DNA from: Fibrobacterales bacterium
GTDB lineage: Bacteria; Fibrobacterota; Fibrobacteria; Fibrobacterales; JAOPTW01
Length of the DNA stretch: 64,000 bases
Reading direction: 5' to 3'
Assembly: GCA_051532035.1 (NCBI GenBank)
Contig: JAOPTW010000037.1
Coordinates: forward strand, 15,053-79,052
Shown here: piece after piece, positions 1 to 10,258 of the stretch
Layout of the letters: every line of letters begins with the position of its first letter
Numbering within the stretch: position 1 is the stretch's first letter
Position numbers and translations under genes: made by a program
Notes under the pieces: generated by a model
Told to the model about the DNA's origin: nothing
Databases searched by the model: none
Seen by the model: only the letters and a program-made list of their open reading frames with translations

Positions 1-108
1 TGAGTTCGTTTTCAGAATACCTTGGGAGCTTGCATTATGTTGTGCGTTGCATTTTAAGTTTCAATAAAAACTTATCGTATTAGGTTGGCATTACAGCGGA
101 AATAACCT

Positions 109-531
109 ATGCATATTAAAATAATTACTTCTTTTTTATTGCTTATATCACTGTTTGCCACTTCGCCTCAGGCTGAATGTGTGGGCTGTGGTGTAGAATT
201 ACTCTATCTGCCCATTGCTTTTTCAGTGGTTAGTGGAGTGACATCTGCGGTGCCTATGGTTTTTCAAGAGGACAATGAAGACTATAGTTATTTGAGAACA
301 TATGCATTGGGTTTTTCAGGAAGTATTGCAGGAGTTTTTATCGGTTTTTCCACAACCGATTACTACCCAAAAACAGCGGTATTTGATGAATTATTAGGAG
401 GCTTTTCTGGGTTACTCCTTGGTAATGCCTTAGGGTATTATACTTCTAAATCAACTAAGGTTCCTTCGATTAGTTTAAGAATGAATCCCAGTGGGAGTAA
501 AGGATCCATTACAGTGATCTTGAGTATGTAA
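109..531 (+). CDS. Hypothetical exported/membrane protein
   Basis: 140-aa ORF with a signal-peptide-like N-terminus and Gly-rich hydrophobic segments; no family recognised. Confidence 0.6.
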   Translation: MHIKIITSFLLLISLFATSPQAECVGCGVELLYLPIAFSVVSGVTSAVPMVFQEDNEDYSYLRTYALGFSGSIAGVFIGFSTTDYYPKTAVFDELLGGFSGLLLGNALGYYTSKSTKVPSISLRMNPSGSKGSITVILSM

Positions 532-660
532 CACCTTATCTAATACGGTGAAGTCGGCACTGACCAAAGAGCTGGGTGGTCCGACACTCAAAGCCATTCA
601 AAATTACTTGACGCATTCTGTGAATAACTCTTCGGGTTGAGTACCGCTACTCTAATGGAT

Positions 661-769
661 GAACAGTCTCAGGAGTATATCCTCAATAACATTAAGAAAC
701 AGGTGTTTAATACATGAATTCTCCGTAAAGAACTCATTGTCACTGATAGAGCCTCTTTACCACCCATGT
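661..769 (+). repeat. 109-bp direct repeat, copy 1 (copy 2 at 8943-9051)
   Basis: Hand alignment gives 105/109 identity, from GAACAGTCTCAGGAGTA to TTTACCACCCATGT. Confidence 0.95.
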
Positions 770-1248
770 GGATGTCATGGAGTATCTGGGCTTTAGGAGT
801 GATTTTGGGTTTACCAGTATGAGAGAAGCAATAGTCTCAACATTTCCGTAATAACGTTCACAATGAGTGAACGTTATTACGGAAATGATTAGCGGAAGTA
901 GTTTGGGAAATGAGAATGAGCATTTAACTTTGCGGAACTTCTTGCAAATATTTGCCTTTTTAGTAAAAAATCAAGATGAGGAAATTAATAAACATAAGGA
1001 AAAATATGATAAATATACTTCGAACAAGGTGGGGGTCTATCTAGGGCTAGGATACTGTGGTGTCATTTGCGGCCCCATGCTTACGTTGAGGAAGCACGCA
1101 GGGGTGTGTTATGATTATCATTTACAGCTTGTTTACAGTAATAAAAGCCTAATTATCTATTATAGCATCGTTTCGCACCAGTGTGGTGAGATTATTAGCC
1201 CCTTATAATCAAGGATTCAACAACACTAAAAGTAATTTGGAATTTTTT

Positions 1249-4200
1249 ATGAAATACACCTACATAGTATTAACAGTAATTTTTTTTGTATTTAATGGCT
1301 GTGAAATTTTTAATAGTGATTCAAGTACAAGAGACTATATAATAACTGTAAATTCAAAGAAAGACTTACCGATTGATAGTATAAAAGCACTTACTATCAA
1401 AGGAGCTGATTCTACACATTGGTTTTTTACAGACGCTAACTTTGAAAAGACAACTATTGATTCTATAACTGAAAGAATCACCGTTACACTAGATTTAAAG
1501 GCTCATAAAAATGAAACGATTGTCGTTGAATATTCCTGCTATAGTAGTGGATTATCTATAGTCCAAAGAAACTCTAGGTTTAAGATGAATGCCCCTATAA
1601 TACAGATTTCAGGGGGAGTTGATACTGTACTCGTTTCTTTTTTACAGGAGTATAATAAGAAACACACTTCCTTGGACTCTACAACGATGAATCCCCTCCA
1701 GCGCGAAGCTCAATGGGATCAGAATAAAACAATACTTAGAGAGCTTACCACTGTGTATATGCTTGAGCATGATAGTAGTTCTCTCACACTGTATGATGCA
1801 TACAAAAAGCATACCGTACATAAAAATAGCTCAGTACTCGCAACAGCAGATACTATAGCTCTTTTTAGCACAATACGGGATACTCTAATAATTCGAGGTC
1901 TTAATGTCGATTCTGTATTTGCCACTATCCTACCCGATAATCTCAATGCCGACTCACTTCTTGCGTCATTGCCTGAACCATCAGATATTATAAAACGAGG
2001 TGAACCTGAAGCAACATTCACCTTTTCCGGAACAATTGGTAAACATAATCAAGATGTGTCGAAAGTCGTTTTACACATATGGGGCACCACTATTGCTGAC
2101 ACAATAATCACCCCCGCTTCTTATGATCCGTCATTAGGTACCTATTTAGGGTTGTTAGATGTGTATGAAATTGGAGATAATTATACAGTTGCTGTGCATG
2201 TATATGATTACAGTTCTAGAATGACTGGATATATTAGGAAAGATTTTAATCGGTTACAGTTTGCTATAAGTTTTATTGATATTGATGCATGGAATGCAAA
2301 ACCATGGGCCTCAATTGATCCACTTATTGATGTTTCCATTAATGATACGATAGCTGTATCTTGGAACGGTGGAGACTCGCTCAACAGGGGCACAATAGCA
2401 GAAGCTTGGTGGAAATCAGGCGATAGTGACTATATACAACAAATTGACTCGGTACACTCAATAGTTGCCCCTCCAATTATGTCGCTCGACTATGCTATTC
2501 TACTAAAGGTCATGGACAATGACAGCAATGTAACATACGATACTATTTCACTAAATGTACTTCAGGATGCACCAATTATCGATGCAGGTGAAGCGATTGA
2601 GGTACCGGTAAATTTACCTATCAAATTTAAAGGAAGCGCCTCACAGGAATTTGGCTTTTTCACATTGTTTAAATGGGATTTTGTTGGCGATGGATTATAT
2701 AATGATTCAGCGAGTATTGACACAATACATGAATACACATATCAACATGCAGGCGTGTATACTGCGCGATATAGTGTGATTGATGACGACTACAATACTC
2801 AGATTGATTCTCTTCAGGTAACCGTTACCAATAGCGCACCAGAAGTATATTCACTCTCAGTTGATACTGTCGTGCTATTGAAAGATACGATAGTGTCTAT
2901 ATATGACACTCTTTTCTTTACTGCACAGGTTAAAGATGCGGAATCGAACATATGTAACGTTACCCTTAACGGAAATGGAAACACTAAAATCGATGTAAGT
3001 GATACGGTTAACTTCACTGCTGATTCTATCATTCGACTTGCACATGCATATAGTGATACAGGGACTTTTACTGCCGAATATACTGTTATAGATTATGATG
3101 GACTTTCTCATACTGCACACGTTAAAGTTGGAGTTGTTCAGGATGTGCCTAAAGTATTAGCCGGCACATCATTTACTCAGGCCATTAACAGTATGTGTAC
3201 TTTTGATGCTACAGTGACACAAAAATTTGGTTCCTACGAGATGTTTATATGGGATTTTAATGGTGATGGAATTATGGATGATTCTTCAGCTATTACTCCA
3301 GATATCGAATATATCTATCGTAAGTCGGGTTCATACACCGCAAAACTCTTTGTTCGCGATGATGATAAAAACATTGGTATAGACTCTCTCTCTGTCATTA
3401 TAACAAATACGCCTCCCATCATAGACCAATTTAAAAATGACACTCTTGTTGCAAAGGGAAGTATCGTCTCTTTTACAGCAGAGACTCATGATATAGATGG
3501 AACTATTGACCTATACGAATGGGATATGGATGGAGATGGTGTTTATGAAGTCTCAGAATCGGTGTATAAAGCTCAATTGAAACAGTTTACGATCCCTGGA
3601 ACATATATGATACGGTTAAAGGTTAAAGATGATGATGGTAAAATAGCACTTGATTCCTGTAAATTTCAAGTCAACCACCCACCCACTATTTTGACAACAC
3701 AATTGGTTATGAATGAAAATAGCCTAGCCTTAATCGGTCCAATCATCGCAGAGGATGCCGATGGGGATACATTTGATCTTTCCATAGAAGGCACTACATT
3801 TACTTTAGATGAGGGATATGTACTTCACCCTCAAATTTCCCTAGACTATGAAAAAGACTCTATCGTTGAACTTGTGGTTGTATTGTCAGATCAGATTGAT
3901 ACCATCAAAGAAACAATTGCCATAAAAATCGTAAACCTCAATGACAATATACCTAATATTATTTTTTCTAAAGAAGTGCTCAATGTTGGTGAAGATACCG
4001 AAACCCTTATAAGTATCAAAGCTCAAGATGCAGATAACGATTCGTTAGTTTGGACACATATAATTCCAAATAATGGTTCAGTCACTATCGTATCTACAGC
4101 GAGAAGCAGTATAGATCTGTCTTATACCCCTAATAAAGATTATATCGGTACTGATTTATTTAAACTAATTACAACAGATGGTGTACATTATGATACTACT

Positions 4201-7200
4201 ACAATTAACATTGATGTTGGGGGTATAGATGATCCGGCCGAATATACTGGAACGCCAATACTTTCTGGTGACAATGTAGTTACAGGTATACTTATCGTTA
4301 CTCCAGGTGAGTGTCATGATATTGACAGTGAGGAAATCTTTACCTATCAGTGGTACCGTTCGTTAACAGCTCTTGATCCCGGAACAGTAATCCCTGGAGT
4401 TGTATCAAATAGCTATCAACTAACTGAAAGTGATGGAGCACGTTTTATCAATGTTATAGCAAGTTGTAATGGTATTGAAAAGACAACAGATTTTACCAAT
4501 GAAATTAATAGTCCTCCAATCATCAGACAAAATGATATCTATAATATATTCTTAACCGAGGATAGCGATCGAGTATTTGGAATTTCTGCAACTGATGTAA
4601 ATGGAACACCACTTACATGGTCGATAATCGATCCAGTGAGTAATGCCACTGTCACTTTTTCAAAAATAAATAATGATACTATTGATATTCGCTATACCAA
4701 CAAAAATAATTTTACAGGTACCGATGAGTTTAAAGTGAAAGTAACCGATGGAACATTGTTTGATGAAATTACTATTATAGCAACGATTTCTGAAGTGAAT
4801 GATTCACCAGTGATTGCCCCCCCTGGTCAAACATCATTTACACTCATCGAAGATATGAATACAACTCAGCTTTCTACACTTTCTGCTTCGGATGAAGAGG
4901 GGGACCCATTAATATGGGCTATTCAGAAACAGGGTGTTTTAGGCGAGATGGTAGTAACCCAGTCCGGGGTGGTGTCTTACACACCTATAGGTGATGCATT
5001 TGGTGAGGATTCTATAATAATACAAGTAAGTGATTCTCATTCTACAGATGTTGTTGTGCTCTCTATTACTATTCAAGGGGTAAATGACGTGCCCGTTATT
5101 ACTCCTATTGCTTCTACAGACTTTGAAATTAACGAAGATAGTAGGGAGTCCAAACTTATAACCTTAGAATCACATGACCCAGATAAAGAATTACTCATCT
5201 GGTCAATTACTCGCTCCCCACAATATGGAACGGGTTCAGTTTCATCAACTGGTGACGTCTTCTACACTCCTAATCCTGATGCAGCAGGGGCGGACACCAT
5301 GCGAATAGAAGTAAGGGATACCCATGGTGCACAGGATAATATCGTTTTAGCAATTGAGGTGCTTCCGCTTAATGATTCACCCATTATCACTCCTCCTGAT
5401 CAGACTGAGTATACTCTTACCGAAGACGATACTGCGGTACGATTAGTTACTATAATTGCCACTGATAAAGATTCAGAAGGCCTTGTATGGAGAGCATCGA
5501 ACAATACTACTCTTGGTGTGGTTACTGTTGTGTCGGGACAAGTAACATATAGCCCTAAACCAAATAGCCATGGAAGAGACAACGTAAATATAATAGTTGA
5601 TGATGGAAAGAGTACTGACCAAGTTCCGCTGATTGTTGATATTCTATCTGTAGATGATGAGCCTATAATTACTTTACCGGCGACAACTAAATTTTCGATC
5701 GATGAAGATGCGGCTGTAACTCAACTGGTAACGCTTTCAGCAACAGATGGTGATGGTGATGTACTTGAGTGGCGTATCACTACTAACGGTAATAACGGTA
5801 TTGCCGCTATATCGACTGGAGGAATGGTAAGTTACACTCCAACACCTGAGGCCTTTGGCACCGATTTGATTATTATTCAGGTAAGTGATGGTCGCTATAC
5901 AGATGATATTTCACTAAATATTACAATTAATTCTATTAATGATGCTCCAGTGATAGAGACTCCCACAGAGACTGAATTTACTCTTTTGGAAGACGCTGAT
6001 CTTGTGCAACTTACTACACTCTTTGCAATTGATAAAGAGCGGGATGATCTTAGCTGGAGTATCTCGCAAAATGGAACAACGGGGGTTGCGTCCGTCTCAT
6101 CTGATGGTATCGTTTCATATAAAGCAAATAACAATATGTATGGTGTTGATAATATTCGTGTACGTGTAAGCGATCAAAATGCGAGTGCTGAGATAGGGCT
6201 TCGCATAACTGTTCAAGGGGTAAATGATGCACCGGTCATTTCTCCACCTGCGCAGACCTCATTCCTTGTTGGAGAAAATAGTGAGAGTGCTGACCTTATA
6301 CTTCTCAATGCGGTAGATTATGATGATGATGCCTTAGTGTGGAGTGTTATCCAAAATGGCTCACATGGTACCGCCTCAATTGATACCCTTGGACAAGTTA
6401 TTTATGCACCGAATACGATGACAAATGGTGTGGATATTCTTCGCATTCAGGTGAGTGATTCACGTGTTACAGACGAAATATCTCTTACGGTCACAGTCAA
6501 CTCTGAAAACGATACACCAATTATTGATCATCCAGCACAGGTCATCTTTACTTTTATAGAAGATGCTGTTGAGGCTGATTTAACTACTCTCAGCGCAACA
6601 GATGAGGAAAAAGATAACCTTATATGGTCTGTTTTCAAGCATGGGGGGAACGGCTCTGCAGCAGTAACTGATGGAGGATTAGTCTCTTATATTCCGAATG
6701 AAAACTTTTATGGTAAGGACACATTTAAAATAGCTGTATCAGATAACTACACTGAAGATGTGATATCATTATTTATTGTTGTAACACCTACAAATGATGC
6801 TCCAACATTTGATGAGAGTAATGAAACCTCATTTTCTCGATCTGAGGATGATGGCACAATGCATCTGGTAACATTGTTAGCTACTGATGTGGATGAAGAT
6901 AATTTAACGTGGAGCATCATTCAGAATGGTATAGAAGGTCATGCAACTATTTCTGATGGATCAATTTTCTATACCCCAAAAGACAATATCTTTGGTGATG
7001 ATGCACTCATTATTCGTGTAAGTGACAATATTGAATATGATGATATCACACTCAATATTTCTATCCAATCTGTAAATGATGAGCCGCTCATTTTTGATAG
7101 TGCCATTCAGGGGACTGTGCTTAATGGCTCCTTATTAAGTAATCCGGCGACCTGTACCGATTTAGAGGATGGAACGATTACGCCAACTATCAGTTGGTAT

Positions 7201-8607
7201 AGGAGTGATAATCAACAGCACGTTGACGATGTGTTCATTGTAAATGCTCTTGAGTATACTCTTACTGATGATGATCTTGCTAATTATATATTCTCTATTG
7301 CAACTTGTGAGGATAAAGATAATGGCATAGCAACTGCTACAACTGAGTATACTAACATTGTGAGAAATCCAGGAAAATTGACATTAGTATTTGATACGCA
7401 GGTGGGGTCTGCCGGGCTCACTGTGGCTGTGCCCCTTAAAGGGAGTGTGGATGTTCTGATAGATTGGGGGGACGGCAATACACAAGTTATAACGCAGGAA
7501 TCGAATGTGGTACATGAGTACAGTACTCATGGGACTTATACTGTAACTATAGAGGGTTCTCTTGAATGGTTTGGGAAAAGATCCTGGGATAATTCGACTT
7601 TAGTAACTAATAATCTTATTAAAGTTACCAGCTTTGGGGATCTTGGTATTCAAAGTCTGAGTGGTGCTTTTGTAAGGGCTGAAAATTTAATTGAACTTCC
7701 TCAGGAATTGCCATCAACAATAATAGATCTTACTTATATGCTCTATTACGCGACAAGTTTCAATTTCAATATAAACTCTTGGGATGTATCTAATGTTGTT
7801 AATATTAGTGGTTTATTTGCCTATGCGACTTCATTCAATCAACCATTGAATGACTGGGATACAAAAAGTGTTACCAGTATGGCTGACCTTTTTCTGAAGG
7901 CGAGTCAATTTAATAAACCACTGGATAAGTGGGATATGTCTAATGTCACAGATATGAAGTATGCATTTAGATTTGCGACAGCTTTTAATCAAAATATTAA
8001 CACTTGGGATGTTTCAAAAGTCAGATCTTTTAAAATGGTATTTAATGCTGCCACGTCATTTGACAGTCCGCTCTATAACTGGAAGACAGGAAGTGCAACT
8101 GACTTTGCCGGTGTATTTGAATATGCTACATCATTCAATCAACCTATTGATGATTGGGATGTTTCGAAGGCAACTGATATGAGTTCTGCTTTCGAAGGGG
8201 CGGGAGCATTCAGCCAGAATTTGAACGATTGGGATGTGTCTAATGTTAGATTGATGGATGATATGTTTCGTGACGCTTCCTCATTTAATAGTCCACTTGA
8301 AAAATGGGATGTTCGTAAGCTTACTTCAATGATTTTGATGTTTTATCGTGCAGCTACTTTTGATCAACCCCTTGATGATTGGGATATAATGAGTCTTACT
8401 ACAGGGGAGGGGTTTGTTTCATGTTCGTACGCGTATTCAGACATAAACTATTCAAAAAATCTTGTCAAATGGGCTGAACTGTCATTACAAAGTGGTGTTA
8501 CACTAGATTTTACTAATTGTAAATATGATACAGGTGCTGCACTTGCCCGTCAGAAAATAATTGATGATTTTGGGTGGACTTTAAAAGATGGAGGACTGAT
8601 TCCATAA
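1249..8607 (+). CDS. Giant surface lipoprotein / adhesin-like: PKD, cadherin and tandem Ig-like repeats with a C-terminal DUF285/BspA-type repeat region
   Basis: Start moved to ATG 1249 (MKYTYIVLTVIFFVFNG-C lipobox). PKD motifs WDFxGDG; ~95-aa repeats (NDAP..ED..DxDxDxLxW..YTP..G.D..VSDG); C-terminal FNQPLxxWDVS repeats. Confidence 0.85.
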   Translation: MKYTYIVLTVIFFVFNGCEIFNSDSSTRDYIITVNSKKDLPIDSIKALTIKGADSTHWFFTDANFEKTTIDSITERITVTLDLKAHKNETIVVEYSCYSSGLSIVQRNSRFKMNAPIIQISGGVDTVLVSFLQEYNKKHTSLDSTTMNPLQREAQWDQNKTILRELTTVYMLEHDSSSLTLYDAYKKHTVHKNSSVLATADTIALFSTIRDTLIIRGLNVDSVFATILPDNLNADSLLASLPEPSDIIKRGEPEATFTFSGTIGKHNQDVSKVVLHIWGTTIADTIITPASYDPSLGTYLGLLDVYEIGDNYTVAVHVYDYSSRMTGYIRKDFNRLQFAISFIDIDAWNAKPWASIDPLIDVSINDTIAVSWNGGDSLNRGTIAEAWWKSGDSDYIQQIDSVHSIVAPPIMSLDYAILLKVMDNDSNVTYDTISLNVLQDAPIIDAGEAIEVPVNLPIKFKGSASQEFGFFTLFKWDFVGDGLYNDSASIDTIHEYTYQHAGVYTARYSVIDDDYNTQIDSLQVTVTNSAPEVYSLSVDTVVLLKDTIVSIYDTLFFTAQVKDAESNICNVTLNGNGNTKIDVSDTVNFTADSIIRLAHAYSDTGTFTAEYTVIDYDGLSHTAHVKVGVVQDVPKVLAGTSFTQAINSMCTFDATVTQKFGSYEMFIWDFNGDGIMDDSSAITPDIEYIYRKSGSYTAKLFVRDDDKNIGIDSLSVIITNTPPIIDQFKNDTLVAKGSIVSFTAETHDIDGTIDLYEWDMDGDGVYEVSESVYKAQLKQFTIPGTYMIRLKVKDDDGKIALDSCKFQVNHPPTILTTQLVMNENSLALIGPIIAEDADGDTFDLSIEGTTFTLDEGYVLHPQISLDYEKDSIVELVVVLSDQIDTIKETIAIKIVNLNDNIPNIIFSKEVLNVGEDTETLISIKAQDADNDSLVWTHIIPNNGSVTIVSTARSSIDLSYTPNKDYIGTDLFKLITTDGVHYDTTTINIDVGGIDDPAEYTGTPILSGDNVVTGILIVTPGECHDIDSEEIFTYQWYRSLTALDPGTVIPGVVSNSYQLTESDGARFINVIASCNGIEKTTDFTNEINSPPIIRQNDIYNIFLTEDSDRVFGISATDVNGTPLTWSIIDPVSNATVTFSKINNDTIDIRYTNKNNFTGTDEFKVKVTDGTLFDEITIIATISEVNDSPVIAPPGQTSFTLIEDMNTTQLSTLSASDEEGDPLIWAIQKQGVLGEMVVTQSGVVSYTPIGDAFGEDSIIIQVSDSHSTDVVVLSITIQGVNDVPVITPIASTDFEINEDSRESKLITLESHDPDKELLIWSITRSPQYGTGSVSSTGDVFYTPNPDAAGADTMRIEVRDTHGAQDNIVLAIEVLPLNDSPIITPPDQTEYTLTEDDTAVRLVTIIATDKDSEGLVWRASNNTTLGVVTVVSGQVTYSPKPNSHGRDNVNIIVDDGKSTDQVPLIVDILSVDDEPIITLPATTKFSIDEDAAVTQLVTLSATDGDGDVLEWRITTNGNNGIAAISTGGMVSYTPTPEAFGTDLIIIQVSDGRYTDDISLNITINSINDAPVIETPTETEFTLLEDADLVQLTTLFAIDKERDDLSWSISQNGTTGVASVSSDGIVSYKANNNMYGVDNIRVRVSDQNASAEIGLRITVQGVNDAPVISPPAQTSFLVGENSESADLILLNAVDYDDDALVWSVIQNGSHGTASIDTLGQVIYAPNTMTNGVDILRIQVSDSRVTDEISLTVTVNSENDTPIIDHPAQVIFTFIEDAVEADLTTLSATDEEKDNLIWSVFKHGGNGSAAVTDGGLVSYIPNENFYGKDTFKIAVSDNYTEDVISLFIVVTPTNDAPTFDESNETSFSRSEDDGTMHLVTLLATDVDEDNLTWSIIQNGIEGHATISDGSIFYTPKDNIFGDDALIIRVSDNIEYDDITLNISIQSVNDEPLIFDSAIQGTVLNGSLLSNPATCTDLEDGTITPTISWYRSDNQQHVDDVFIVNALEYTLTDDDLANYIFSIATCEDKDNGIATATTEYTNIVRNPGKLTLVFDTQVGSAGLTVAVPLKGSVDVLIDWGDGNTQVITQESNVVHEYSTHGTYTVTIEGSLEWFGKRSWDNSTLVTNNLIKVTSFGDLGIQSLSGAFVRAENLIELPQELPSTIIDLTYMLYYATSFNFNINSWDVSNVVNISGLFAYATSFNQPLNDWDTKSVTSMADLFLKASQFNKPLDKWDMSNVTDMKYAFRFATAFNQNINTWDVSKVRSFKMVFNAATSFDSPLYNWKTGSATDFAGVFEYATSFNQPIDDWDVSKATDMSSAFEGAGAFSQNLNDWDVSNVRLMDDMFRDASSFNSPLEKWDVRKLTSMILMFYRAATFDQPLDDWDIMSLTTGEGFVSCSYAYSDINYSKNLVKWAELSLQSGVTLDFTNCKYDTGAALARQKIIDDFGWTLKDGGLIP

Positions 8608-8942
8608 GTCGGTAATAAACCAATAAAATTAATTACAACTTATTAGGTTAAACGCTAAAGGATAAATCCCGTGGTATGTAATGTAGGCGGGGCTTATTGT
8701 ATGCATGGTTATAAAGTAATAAGAAATTTTCACATCTAAAAATTTGCTTGAGAATTTCTGCGATATTTAGCAGGTAAACAAAATTTACGATCAATTTACA
8801 TTTCTCAGCCGTAATCTCACCATCCATTGGCTTAAATGAACGCAGTAATAAATATGTAAAGGCGCGATCGGATGGTGATGCCTATGCCATTGCTGATCCA
8901 TCAAGGTGGCCCCCTTGTCGCAGGCTGTACCATACGCTGAAC

Positions 8943-9051
8943 GAACAGTCTCAGGAGTACATTCTCAATAACATTAAAAAACAGGTGTTTAATACATGAA
9001 TGCTCCGTAAAGAACTCATTGTCACTGATAGAGCCTCTTTACCACCCATGT
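8943..9051 (+). repeat. 109-bp direct repeat, copy 2
   Basis: Four mismatches versus 661-769. Confidence 0.95.
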
Positions 9052-9104
9052 CAGTCTATTCTATACTAAAATCATCGTACTTTACAACTAGGCGATTGTT
9101 TCTA

Positions 9105-9113
9105 TGTTATAAT
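9105..9113 (+). promoter_or_regulatory. Candidate extended -10 promoter (TGnTATAAT)
   Basis: TGTTATAAT ending 11 nt before ATG 9125; sequence match only. Confidence 0.35.
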
Positions 9114-9124
9114 AATACCCTCAT

Positions 9125-10198
9125 ATGAATTCACACCAAAGGACTCCTTTGAATAAAAATAATGTACCTCTTCTGCGTCGGGCATTAACACTGTTTTTAG
9201 AAGTAAGTTGCCGCCCCGAAATTATCATTACTTTGGGGATCTGTTATTTAATGAGCTCGCACATTACCAGTGTAGGTATCGGACTCATTGTACTGTTCAT
9301 AACTATTCCTATGTATATGTTTGATCAGGTTGTGTTGCCTCGGAAAACAGGTTTTACCATAATACGCTACCTGTTTGGCTTTAAAATAGTGAACACTATT
9401 AAAGATAAGAAGCTTGGGTATTTTCAACTACTGTATCGCAGTTCATTGGTGTTGATATTAGAATCAATGGCCACTTCATTGATCAGCCTTTGTATTATTT
9501 GCTTCAGGGATGATAATCGCTCTATACATGAATTGTTATCTAAAACATCTTGTGTGGTTAGCCATAAGGCTCGGTATTATGTGTTGGTGTTTGTAGTGCC
9601 TCTGATGGTATTTCAATATCTGGCACTTATACAGGTAGGGAGTTCAGTTGTCGATAATAAAATAGTTAAGCCCCGTATTGAAGGTCAGGTCTTTAACTAC
9701 CCTCAGGTGATTAACTCTGAAGAAGAGTTTGTGAAGCGCATAACAGGTGGTGCGCTATCGACGATAGTCTCTTTTGAAAATACAATAGAATCATTTAATA
9801 GCATTGAGGCTGTTGGGATAGAGCCTCCAATAGAAGATTATTATGGATTGTTTAAGCCTGAAGAGTGGACTATGTTGAGTTATCAAAAAAGCATGTATTG
9901 TGATAGTATACTATTTGATGAAAATCCATATAAATTGTTCCACCCCATGGCGTCATCAAAAGCTATAGTGACTCGGATTCTTGCTTCCGTTTCAGTGTCT
10001 ATTATAGAGAAGCAAAATAACTATGTGTATGGCTGCGATCGAGATACCCTGTATCTTTCTCGTGAACTACTCCCGGCTACAAAGAAATACCTAATAAAAG
10101 AGTATGAGAAATATACTTCGAAAGAGATGATAAGTGCAATTCAGGTTTATGATGCAAATGGAAATATCGTAAAAATGAAAACGAGTCTAACAAAATGA
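9125..10198 (+). CDS. RDD-family membrane protein with an extracytoplasmic C-terminal domain
   Basis: LLRRALT..., G.TI.RYLFGFKIV and D.RSIHELLSKTSCVV match the RDD pattern; several TM segments. Confidence 0.65.
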   Translation: MNSHQRTPLNKNNVPLLRRALTLFLEVSCRPEIIITLGICYLMSSHITSVGIGLIVLFITIPMYMFDQVVLPRKTGFTIIRYLFGFKIVNTIKDKKLGYFQLLYRSSLVLILESMATSLISLCIICFRDDNRSIHELLSKTSCVVSHKARYYVLVFVVPLMVFQYLALIQVGSSVVDNKIVKPRIEGQVFNYPQVINSEEEFVKRITGGALSTIVSFENTIESFNSIEAVGIEPPIEDYYGLFKPEEWTMLSYQKSMYCDSILFDENPYKLFHPMASSKAIVTRILASVSVSIIEKQNNYVYGCDRDTLYLSRELLPATKKYLIKEYEKYTSKEMISAIQVYDANGNIVKMKTSLTK

Positions 10199-10258
10199 CT
10201 TGACTGTGGAGTATGAGTGCCTAAGAGGTTGACGTAGAACTGTCGCTATAAAGCTTCA

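Noticed and set aside
867-1208. 113-aa ORF in the track
   Set aside because: GTG start with no RBS, and it runs into the adhesin promoter region; better explained as a decayed remnant.
1183-1248. Longer N-terminus for the giant protein
   Set aside because: ATG 1249 gives a proper lipoprotein signal; the extension would bury it.
4800-7080. Periodic DNA similarity suggesting a repeat array or CRISPR
   Set aside because: These are diverged ~95-codon protein domain repeats, not identical repeats with spacers.
1719-8182. Short antisense and alternate-frame ORFs inside the adhesin, and similar ones inside other long genes
   Set aside because: Shadow ORFs fully overlapping well-supported genes, with no motifs.
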